A stretch of 64,000 nt of DNA from the NCBI GenBank assembly GCA_964016885.1, contig OZ024743.1:241924001-241988000 (forward strand). Direction: 5' to 3'. Made by a program: the position numbers and the translations under genes. Numbering within the stretch: the stretch's first letter is position 1; each line of letters begins with the position of its first letter. The notes beneath the pieces are model-generated. The model was given only the letters and a program-made list of their open reading frames with translations, made no database searches and had not been told where the DNA came from. The stretch comes from Eledone cirrhosa (lineage: Eukaryota). Below are positions 28,357-39,289 of the stretch, in pieces.

Positions 28357-28806
28357 TATATCTACCATACCACTCTCTCTTTCTCATCCCTCTCACTCTA
28401 TCTAACACTACCAAACTCTCCCTCTCTCTATATCTACTACACATAACTCTTCTCTTCCAGTCCCTCTCTCTATATTAATGAACACGAATCTCTCCCACTC
28501 TCAATCTCTACTACACGGAACTCTCTTCTAATCCCCCTCTCTATATCAATATAACCTAAAAAAATCAACCCCCCACTATATCTACTACACGCAACTTTCT
28601 CCCAACCCCCCTCTCTATATCAAATACCACCCAAGTACACCTCTCTCTATATCTACCATACAACACTCTCTCTCATTCCCTCTCACTCTATCACTACCAA
28701 ACTCTCCCCATCTCTATATCTATCAATACTCTCCCTCTATTCATTACCACAGAACTCTCCCCCTCGCTACATCAACCATACAACATACTCCCCCACTCTC
28801 TATATC
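28357..28806. repeat. Degenerate C/T-rich minisatellite, right part
   Basis: Same unit type as 22690-22990. Confidence 0.7.
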
Positions 28807-29484
28807 AGTGTTTTAGTAGTTTGGGGAGAAAAATAAGTATAGGGGGACCCAAGCAACCCCGCCTGTTCCACCACCCCTGATATATATATGTATATATATA
28901 TATGTGTGCGTATGTATATGTATGTGTGTGTATGTATATGTATGTGTATGTATATGTATGTATATATTCTTAATTAATTATTACCACACCATCTATATGA
29001 TTATAAGATATTGTTGCATGGTCGTTATTTTTCAATATCATAATGTTGTTTACAAGAACATAACACACATAAATATATGTATTTATATGTGTTGCAATGA
29101 AAAATTGAACGCTGCTTACTTATATCTAGTCCCGATGGGAGGTTTTCTTTGTCTCAACTTTACAAGATAAGGTTGAATATTACGTTGTCTGAATCTCCTT
29201 ACTTCAAATATATTTCGTATTCATTCTACTGATACCTTACTTCCGCTTGATGAAGCTATGCTGAATTATATTGTTTATTTGGGGAGATCGCTTTTTTCTG
29301 TATTTGTACTAAGACTTACGAAGGAACATTTGTATGTGTATGTGTGTGTATTTGTGTGTGCGTGTGTGTTAGTGTGTGTGCGTGCATGTGTGTAAACGTT
29401 TGAATGTCTAAACGAATGAAGAAGTACTCAATACACGTAGTGTAGGTTAAGATATATATCTATATATACATATATATGTATAAG

Positions 29485-29530
<46 letters not shown>

Positions 29531-29861
29531 GTAGGTCCCGGGTTGAGTCGGGCATAACCACAGTAAGTAAGGTACTCAATATATGGCAGAGTAAACAATT
29601 TTTATTTTATAGAACGAGCTTCTACAGGACTAGTATTGTTTCATTCAGATGAAATCTTCAGGAACCCTATAAAAAAAAAAAAAATATATATATATGGTAT
29701 TAGTATTGGTGTTCTGAAATAGCGATGTATACATGAATGTGTGTATAGTATATTTGGCAATATACCGTATGTTTAATTAAAAACGCTTTGAAGACCATAC
29801 ACTATCGGTTTTAACGTAATGACTATGTCACTTACTTATTTTCGGTGAAACAAGGGAGAGA

Positions 29862-29902
29862 AGCTAACAGTCTGTTTCACGCTGTTGGCGATCATCAGAG
29901 CC
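29862..29902 (-). ncRNA. Minimal type I hammerhead ribozyme motif
   Basis: GGCT-CTGATGA-t-CGC-caaca-GCG-t-GAAAC-agact-GTT-AGCT on the minus strand; lies in a repeat homologous to 10380-10600. Confidence 0.7.
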
Positions 29903-30018
29903 ACGCACTCTCCGCTTTCGCCGAAAATTATATATAAATGAAAGTTAGAGTTAATAACTCATACTGAACCCCTATAATTAACAAGCTCAAAGTATAAATA
30001 CTGAGCATTATAATAATA

Positions 30019-30321
30019 TATGTAGTAAGAAACACAGTAAATCGTGTGTCTAATATTACGAGGGTTGAAGAACCACATTTGTTTGAAATATTTAACCATG
30101 AAGCAGACAGAATGATAAAATAAAATTAAATTATACAAACCGCCTCAATAACAATTATATAATTATTATTGAGGTGGTTTGTATAATTTTATTTTATCAT
30201 TCTGTCTGCTTCATGGTTAAATATTTCAAACAGATGTTGTTCTTCAGCCCTCGTAATATTAGACACACGATTTACTGTGTTTCTTAATACATATACATAT
30301 ATATGTAGTAAGAAACACAGT
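30019..30321. repeat. Fold-back (~135-bp arms) plus a short third arm across a TA-rich tract
   Basis: 30019-30155 is inverted at 30160-30293; ATATGTAGTAAGAAACACAG is repeated at 30301-30320. Confidence 0.9.
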
Positions 30322-31329
30322 ATATATATATATATATATTAAGAAATTTGAAGACTAAAATCCAAAGAGGGATCGATAAGGATAAATATATATCAAATAT
30401 ATAAGAACCGTAGAGCAAATATTTATTAAAATAACAGATTAAAGTTTAAGAAAAGAATCGCTGCTTTCACCCTTAACGAGATCTTCTGAAACTAAAAAAA
30501 TCAATCTGTGAACGCAGAAGTAAATATTACGAAAAACGTAAGTCAATAGAGTGCTCAACCCACTCTATTGACTTACGTTTTTAAGTATCGTTGGGTTCTG
30601 GACCCCCAACTTATTCAGCCTGTCATAAGAAAAATAAAACTCTGGACTGTGTGCTCTTACGCTTGCATATTTCTACCAAACCTTTACTATAGTATATATA
30701 TATATATATCTGCTCATTGAGTTAATAATGGACCGGCTGAAGTTATACGAATGCTTATTCCACTGCATCGTTAACCCTTTAGCTTTCACATTACTCTATA
30801 TATAATATTATATTTTCATGGTAAAGGCTTTATCTAGCTGGGCTACCCGGTGATTTCCGGGTATTTTATTAAAGCTACAATATTTGACCATTGAAATATG
30901 ATTGCTGAATTTTAACTAAAGTTTGAATATCGCAGAATATTTATTGCCGTTTGTTTAACGCAAATCATGTAGATAAAACTATCCAGTGCTGATTTTTTTA
31001 AATACTGCTCCCTATTACAGACAGCATATATAATGCTTCACACTTGGAAGAATCATTAAGTATGTTGTCAGTGAAAAGAGCATGACCCAAAAAATAAATT
31101 TAGATTTTATTTATCCTTTTTATTTTTATTTTTTGCACAATCAGAACCTCTGAACTTCAAACAAAATGTGAAGGCTATTTTAAAAACCATAAATAAAACA
31201 AAATAAAAAAATAAATTTACCATTGGTTTCTGAATGAATGAAGAATTTACTTACTCATTTCTGTAATTCAGGAAAGTTTATTTAAATATGTACAAGTGTG
31301 GTAAATATATACATATACCCCAGGAACCA

Positions 31330-31720
31330 AACTCTCACTGTCACTGCCTCAATCTCTCCCGATCTTCCCATCACTCACTATTATGAGCAAATGGGGGCCC
31401 CCGCGCTGGCCGACCAGCAGCCCAGGCGGTCGAAATAGAGGATGGTGAGGGAGACGCGCTGGAAAATCCATTCAGGCTTGCGAGGCTCATCCCTGTGCGT
31501 AGCCAACTCTGTGCCGATGGTGGTGAGTTGGGAGGTAACCCTAGAGCCAAGGACACCAGAATTCTCCATTGCTATGGGCTCAACAACAAACCTGTCGGAG
31601 AGCGACCAATATTTGGAAAAGTTTACGCTCCTTGGCCCAAAGAGTGGCAGAGCCTGGGTTAAATAACATTTTTACACTGAAGCTTTCACCAACGTTTACC
31701 TCTATGGCAGTGGGATCTTG
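31330..31720 (-). mobile_element. 3' fragment of a CRE-like (RLE) non-LTR retrotransposon
   Basis: Across a frameshift reads PGSA..AKERK/SKY.SLSDRFVVEPIAMENSGVLG...IG...EPR..WIFQRVSL, typical of CRE-clade C-termini. Confidence 0.7.
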
Positions 31721-31918
31721 TTTGAGGGAGATTTGTTTTCTATTTCTTTTAGGTACACCAGCAGTTATAGTGGCTTCCATGACATACATGCATGTGTGTT
31801 TGTGTGTATAAGACTGTTCGCTGTGATTTGAAATGGATTTTGCTAATGGATTTATCTAGTAGATGGAGGTGTCACATACAACCTTTCCTTTTTGCTTCAT
31901 ATATATATATGTGTGTGA

Positions 31919-32062
31919 AGGCACATGGCTTAGTGGTTAAAGCATTGGGCTTGCAATCGAAAGGTTGTGAGTTCAATTCTCGGACCGGGTGATGTGTTGT
32001 TTCCTTGAGCAAGACATTTTATTTCACGTTGCTCCAGTTTACTCAGCTGTAGAAATGAGTAC
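31919..32062 (+). mobile_element. tRNA-derived SINE family 2
   Basis: A-box TGGCTTAGTGGTT, B-box GAGTTCAATTC, CCTTGAGCAAGACA core; homologous to 38787-39080. Confidence 0.75.
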
Positions 32063-33629
32063 CGGCCTGCTCGCCCAGCTAGTGGGATGGCGTTATCTTA
32101 TGGCTAAAACAGCACGACATGCAGTTACCAGCGGCGCCGATTGACGTCCGACAGACTGGTCGGTCAAGGTGGTCAAGGTGATATATATATATATACATGA
32201 GACAGTAGACTGGGATATATATATATGTCTCTAATTTAAGTACAGTGATAAACACACATACACACAACACCCTTGTCTCTAATTTAATAACGCCGAGACA
32301 CACGCACGCGCGCGTGCACACACACACGCTTACAAACACATAGAGTCTCATTACGACTTTTGTGAAAGAGAGAGAAAGAGAAGTAGCGTTAAGAAAGGGG
32401 TTAGATAAGAAGCGTTTAAAAAATAAATAAAGTTAGTTATCGAACTATGCTATCATTTTTCTGTTTTCTTTCTCTCTTCCCTAATCCTCTCTCGCTCTCT
32501 CTTTCTTTGACTATCTATCTCTCTTATATCCTCTCTCTCATACCCTCTTTCTCTTCTTCTACAGAATGAAGAACAAAACAAATAAGTTGTTGCCTCGTTT
32601 TGGAGGACTGAGTTGTGCGGGAAGAAATGGGAGTAGTGGAGGGAGGGTTTAATGTCGCCAAGGGTTCCATTATTGATTTTTATTGAAATCCAATTAGCCA
32701 GTCCTGTTCCGGAATAATAGCTTGACAGGTGTCTAAAGTTTCATCGGGATCGGATCAATGGTTTAGACGCCAACTGGTAACACACAGACGGACAGAAATT
32801 GCCATTTATATAGTAGATAATTATCTCACATAATATCGAATCTATGAGTATTAATATTATTTATTTTGATAACAATACCTGAGTGGTTACTGATGGCTGG
32901 TTTGAACAGAAAGAGGTGAGAGAATTCTGGTTGGATATGGCTAAAGAGTTAACAAATTTATATATTTCAGCTGCCAGTTAACAGGTCACCAATGGAAGGT
33001 AATTAGAAGTTGCTTTTTTTTTTGTCTTTTTTTTTATAATTCAGTTCTCTCTGTTTTGTTTGTTTGTTTGTTTTTACTGTTAGAGAGTTTATGGCTATGA
33101 ATTCAATATTTGAACTTCCCGCCAAACACGTTTCCTAGCAACAGTTGGCTATTTGAATCCTCCTCCTCTGACGCCACGTATTACTACTGGCTCGTAACTA
33201 GTACATTCCAAAAGTAATTGGTGTCTGGAACTGTGAGACAGGACTATTTCGTCGGAAGGACTATCTCGTTGATGAAGCGATGTAGAATTGGCTGTAAAAT
33301 GTATGCATAGTATAACTACAGCAAGACAGCTCCAGCTGCACATGTCTAGCCAGTCCATCCCCGCAGAAACAAACTTTAGTCCAAGAGATTATACCATGTA
33401 ATTTACCTTCACTAAGGTGCAGCTGCCTCCATTACAAATTATGTATTTAGAGTTCACTCTGAGAGATTGTTTTGCACGTTCCTACATTCATCGGCAGGGG
33501 CTATACGGATATATACATATATATATATATATATGTGTGTGTATGTGTGTGTGTGTGTGCAGTGTATATGATTCAATGTTAGTAGTAAAAAGATAAGCAC
33601 TCGATACACATGAAAAGTATATATAATAA

Positions 33630-33911
33630 GAAAAACGATGAAGTTTCGTTCACATGAATTTATAGTTTTATTGGGTATCGACCAGTTACGCGTGTAACAG
33701 GATCCGACTCCAATATCGATTTGCTCGTCAGACTGGTGATTCAACAAAACACTTGATTTTTTGTTGAACACCAGTCTAACGAGCAGATCGATACTGGAAA
33801 CGGGTCCATAAATTCCATGGATAGCCTTCAGCCAATCATCTGTGAAACGCGCGTAATAGGTCGATACATAATAAAAAAAAAAATACATGTAAACGAAACT
33901 TTATCGTTTTT
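33630..33911. mobile_element. MITE with ~26-bp imperfect TIRs
   Basis: AAAAACGATGAAGTTTCGTTCACATG ... CATGTAAACGAAACTTTATCGTTTT. Confidence 0.6.
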
Positions 33912-33944
33912 CAAGCTATATAAATATGTTATGCAACCACACCA

Positions 33945-34383
33945 TGACCAGACACGTCCAAGTAACTATTCAACCCATCTTGCTATATGGAAGTGAAACA
34001 TGGACGCTTTCATCCAAACAACAAAAGCACCTTGATGGCATTTACACTCACCTGCTTTAACGCATTCAGAACATAAGCTGGCGACATCTGACTTTGAAAG
34101 AAATATATGCCGGCCTCCCACGCATATTTGTCGTGTCCGTAAAAGGAGAGTAAGATTTACTGGTCACTACCATCGTGATACCTATGAGGCTGTGACTCCA
34201 TTAGTGCTTTGGAAACCACAAGCAGTCACTAATAACAGGGTGCACAAGCTCTCCTACCCCGATGTCATCTTCAGAGATTCTGGTGTTGAAATCCAAACTT
34301 GGCAACGGCAATGAACGACAGACCCATGAGGAGATCAATTGTTGAGTCGATTTTGGCTGAGGCCGCCGGATGATGATGGTGAT
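33945..34383 (+). mobile_element. RTE-like LINE 3' fragment
   Basis: ILLYGSETWTL...LDG.YT.LL...RRVRFTGH; (GAT)n tail. Confidence 0.8.
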
Positions 34384-34646
34384 TTATTGGTGTTCATTTA
34401 CGGAACAAAAGCGCCACCCACGTTTTCAAGACCCAAATTTGACCATACTTTTAACGATATTTCATAAACTCGTTTAAGCGCCTGAAGAAAGGTCGCAAAT
34501 TTGATCCCTCTTACATTATGGAGATATGGTTAAATTTGGGTCTTGAAACCTTGTTCCATGTGTGGACATAAAAAATATAATAAAACATTTCTACTCTTCC
34601 CGATTGAGCACTGTTTTCCTTTTCAAATCTACAGATATTGCTACAC

Positions 34647-34806
<160 letters not shown>

Positions 34807-35731
34807 AGAGTATGTGTGTGTGTGTGTTAGTTCTACAACAAATTAGCAAGCCGTACTCGAGGATGCGCATTTCACCGAACGGATTTTCAACCAGTGTATG
34901 GCTGCGGTATATATATATATGTATAGTAAAAAGGAAAAGAAAATGCTGACAAATTTTTCCCAGTGAAAAATAGTTTAATTAGGAATAAGTATAAATTAGT
35001 AATAAGTATTAGTTAGTATTCAGTTTTAGTTTTAAGTTTTTACCGGTTGCGCATTTCTAATGCTTTTCAAAAATAATTTTGAGATAGAGTGCTCGTGATT
35101 TTTGCTCTAATCTGATCAGTTTTGGAAATTCTTCCTGTTTTATGTGAAAAAAGTGGCTCCAGAGGTATTAAGATTTGGTTGGTTGCTGAATGTCACGTGA
35201 ATAAGCACTATAAATTTCGCGCCAATTCGTGTTGCAAAAATTATTGTAGTCAAAACAATTTTGATGAGTCGGTAGAAGTCACGTGAATGTTAAAATTGAT
35301 TTTAGCGCGAACTGGTTTCGCGCCAAATGTAGGTTTGTCGAAGAGTGTCCTTTTCCGCTTGATTAAGTTGCAGTCATGTTGAGAAGTCACTGAAAAATAT
35401 GTCTATTAAGACAAATATGTGTGTGTGTGAGTGTGTGTGTGTGTAGTAAAGTGGTTCATTGTTGTGATAATGGTCAGTAGGGATGTGCGTGTGAGTCGTT
35501 GTCATGTTGAAAGTTCAAGAGTTCAGGTGTCTATTAAGACAAATATGTGTGTGTGTGTGTGTAGCAGAGTGATTCATTGTTTGTGATAATGAGAATAAAT
35601 CGGTTAGTAGGAATGTGTGTGTACGTGTGAGTGTGTGTGTGTGTGTGGGGGGGGGGTTATTTTAACATGTTGAAACATTTTTCAGCTCTTGTCTTATAGG
35701 GAGAAGAGTCTGTGTGTGTGGGTGTGGGTGG

Positions 35732-35806
<75 letters not shown>

Positions 35807-36309
35807 TGTCTGTCTATATGTTAGTGTACGCGTGTGTATGTGTGTGTGTGTGGACCAGTATTTTTGTGGTACTGGTAAACATGGTGTACATTATTCGATA
35901 TTTTCAGTCATTTGCAAAAACGATTCTCTCAAAAGAACATCAATAATATCAATAATAAAAGAGGTGAAATGATGTATAGTATTGTCATAACAAGGCGTGT
36001 GTCAGTCCAGATTGTACGTACTACAAGGGGAATCCATTAAGCCCTGCCATATGGGATGCTTGTGTACAAATATGTATGCGCCCATCAATGTGCAATACAT
36101 ATGTGCGTATGTGTATGTGTGCGTGCCGGCACGTGTATATCTATAAACATCAAAAGGTATGAGAATGTGTGTATATTTGTGTTGCACCATAGAACATGTG
36201 TGTTTACGTATGTCATTGTGTTTATATGTGGATAGAAATGTATGTAGGATGTATGCTGATGTAGGTATGTATGTTGACGTGTGTATGTTGTGGGTTCGTC
36301 TTAGGGAGA

Positions 36310-37818
36310 AATGTTTAGACGGGGTCCGTATTTGTTAGTAAAGTGAGATTCCTTGTTGATGCGCTGGGTGTGGGTGGCATTATCTTTAAATTTGTAGAGG
36401 GGAAAATTTCTAAAGTTGGGATGATTTGGTTGCGGCACAGGTATCAATGTGTTCACTCAGTGGTATTTTTCTGTATTCCCGTATTTTGATTTGGGATCTA
36501 TGGACAGACATGCGTTGGCAGAGGCTGTTTTTAGTCTGGCCTATGTATTGTTCTCGACAACCTGACCAAGTTAATACATATATCAGGTTTTCTGATGCGC
36601 ATGTGAAATTGTGTTTTACTATAAAACGTTGTCCTTGTTGGAAATAGAATTCCGAACCCTCTATTAGGTTGATGCATATGTCACAGTTGGGTCTATCGCA
36701 TTTTTTACTGTGGGTTTCGTTGTTGTGGTTGGCAGTACTTTGGCATGTGTTAGGATGTTTTTCATTGACTTAGAATGTCTTTTGCTCTTTATGATATCGT
36801 TCGATGGATTTGGTTCATTCTATGGTCTTTTTTTAACACAGGGATCTTCTAGAGGATGGTGGCGAAGGCCTCATTGTTGAAGGGGTTGTATGTGGAGATG
36901 TATGGAAGTTCTTTGAGATTCGGTTGATTTACTTTAGAGTGTCTAAGGTCCTGGGTACTGAGTTTTAGGGCACGTTGGATTCAATTGTCAATTAGTGATG
37001 CAGGGTAGTCCCTGCCTATGAGTGTGTCCTTTAGTTCTTGTAGCCGTAAGTAACAGGTGTTTTTATTGGAGACTATAGTACAGATTCTCTTGGCTAAGTT
37101 GTAGGGAATATTAATTTTAACGTGTCTAGGGTGGCATGAATTGAAAGGAAGATATTACTTGGAGTCTGTGGGCTTGTAGTATATGTCTGTTTCTATTTTT
37201 TTGTTATGAATCTTAATGAGGATGTCGAGGAAGGGGAGTTGTTGATGGCTGTATCCTATTGTAAAATTAATATTCGTGCTGAGCCCAATTATAAGGATGT
37301 GAAATTCTTTAAGTTTCTCGATGATTTCGTGCCAGTTCTTTTCTATGTGTAAGTGGAGAGTGTTTCCAACTTTGTTTAGTACTTTAGTGTATAGGGTGAT
37401 TTCCAGGTATCCCATGACTAGGTTGGCATAAGTGGGGGGCGTTTTGGTTCCCATAGCGGTCCCAGATTTCTGCCTATAGATTTTGTTATTGAAAACGAAG
37501 TAATTATTCTTCAAGATAAATTTGAGTCCTTCTATCACGAATTCTTTTTTGATGCGTTGTGGGAGTTCATTGTGGTAATTATGTGGTAATTATCCAGCTA
37601 GAATTGGATAGCTTCTATACCTAGGTTGTGGGGGATGTTGGAGTATAGGTTGACTACATCGAACGTCACTAGCAGGGGTTGTGAAGGGTATATTAGTGAG
37701 GTGGTAGAGCATATCTAGGTCATCCCTTATGTAACTTTTAATGTGTTTGAGAAAAGGCTTGAGAAGAGTATCAATGAAGTTGCTAAGGCAGTGGGTTTCG
37801 CAAGCGGGGCCTGCTATT

Positions 37819-37820
<2 letters not shown>
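36310..37820 (-). mobile_element. Penelope-like element (RT and GIY-YIG endonuclease), 5'-truncated and decayed
   Basis: YRQKSGTAMG, LPFLD, TDIYYKPTD RT motifs; GIY-YIG NLIY..T..GC..QYIGQT...L..R...H. Confidence 0.9.
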
Positions 37821-37887
<67 letters not shown>

Positions 37888-37941
37888 TTGAAATAAAATG
37901 AAAACGAAATTTCATTTCCCACTCTTAGTATATATATATAT

Positions 37942-38335
37942 ATATGAAAGACGTAAAATTAGAAAATTAGAAAAATTAACTTACTTACTAAAATTTCACT
38001 CCAACTAATTAGCTTCTGAAAGGGAATAAACCTCGATGTCACGTGATTGATTATTTTGAATTTGCCACCGACCAAGTAGGCAGTGATTTTTCAATGTCTT
38101 GGAATTTAGTCCTCGCTTGCTTTTTTCCATCCACTGAATTATTTTTGTATAAGTTCCCTGTGTCCACCCATCGCCTGGGAACTTAGCTGAGAATTGACTC
38201 CCTGATGACGAAAGGCATTCTCCATGTGTTCCATTCGGAAGCCATGTTTATTCCCTTTCAGAAACTAATTAGTTGGAGTGAAATTTTAGTAAGTAAGTTA
38301 ATTTTTATAATTTTCTTATTTTACGTCTTTCATAT
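37942..38335. repeat. Inverted repeat (~90-bp arms) upstream of the PLE; pseudo-LTR-like
   Basis: 37942-38030 is inverted at 38246-38335. Confidence 0.85.
38197..38279 (+). ncRNA. Type I hammerhead ribozyme motif with extended stem II
   Basis: ACTCC-CTGATGA-cGAAAGG...CCTTTCa-GAAAC-TAATTA-GTT-GGAGT; 5-bp stem I and palindromic stem III. Confidence 0.75.
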
Positions 38336-38444
38336 AATTGTTCTGCATACCCTTGCATTGAACCACAAAGTTACTAAGACAAAACCTATATATTTGCTAG
38401 CATAGGTATGCATCTGTATATATATGTTGGTAGATATACTAATT

Positions 38445-38481
<37 letters not shown>

Positions 38482-38719
38482 GAAGGTATAAACTCAAATA
38501 GTCTTTTACAATTAAATAGCTCAAAGAAAGGGATATTTCTGAGCCGTGTAATACAAATGAATATATGATATGGATAAACACTAACACAAGTATATAAGTG
38601 TTTGTATTGCAAATTACCAAGTTAGCTAGATTGAAACATACTAATTAAAATAATACAGTTTGCCTGTCTCGATTTAAAATAATAAATCAATAAAAACAAA
38701 CCTATATTGGCAATAGCCG

Positions 38720-38750
<31 letters not shown>

Positions 38751-38786
38751 GAGAGAGAGAGAGGTAGATATTTTAAAATAGCTTCA

Positions 38787-39080
38787 AGGTGCATGGCTTT
38801 GTGGTTAGAGCGCTCTGTTGACAACCGTAGCGTCGTTAGTTCGATTTACGGTGGAGCTTTGTGTCTTTGAGCAAACACTATATTTCACGTTGTGCCAATC
38901 AAATCAGCTCGCAAAGAACCAAACTTGTCAAAGACTGCGTCGCACTAAATCTCCCTGAGAACTACGCTAACAGTTCACATGTCTGTAGAATGCTCAGCCA
39001 TTTGCTCATTAATTTCATAGACAGACCCTGCTGTTGACCAAACACTTGGTACACACATCGTCGTAACCGACGGAGAACCA
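38787..39080 (+). mobile_element. SINE family 2 copy (diverged, with 3' tail)
   Basis: TGGCTTTGTGGTTAGAGC, TAGTTCGATT, TTGAGCAAACAC...TTTCACGTTG. Confidence 0.7.
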
Positions 39081-39289
39081 AAAGCAATAGTAACATACAT
39101 AGGATAGTAGGCTATGATTTATACGAACTTTTTTCCTCCGTCATGATTGTTCTTCCAATCAGTTCTGATTCTTTTGTCGTTCCCTTTTGGGGGTTTATTT
39201 TTCATATTTTACATATTTTTCTGTTTTCTGACTTCAATCTGGTTGTTGTTGCTGAGGTCGTTTTTTGTTTGTTTTTCTTGTTACTATTT

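Larger units (their letters stand above)
30834..32817 (-). mobile_element. Helitron-like element carrying a CRE fragment and a SINE
   Basis: 5' TCTACTATATAAATGG at 32817; 3' hairpin TACCCGG-N6-CCGGGTA followed by CTAG at 30834. Confidence 0.7.

Noticed and set aside
31919-31990. tRNA gene
   Set aside because: A and B boxes are present but the cloverleaf is imperfect and runs into a SINE core; treated as a SINE head
34423-34549. 25-bp inverted repeat containing CTGAAGA...GAAAC
   Set aside because: Stem I does not form; more likely a small MITE remnant
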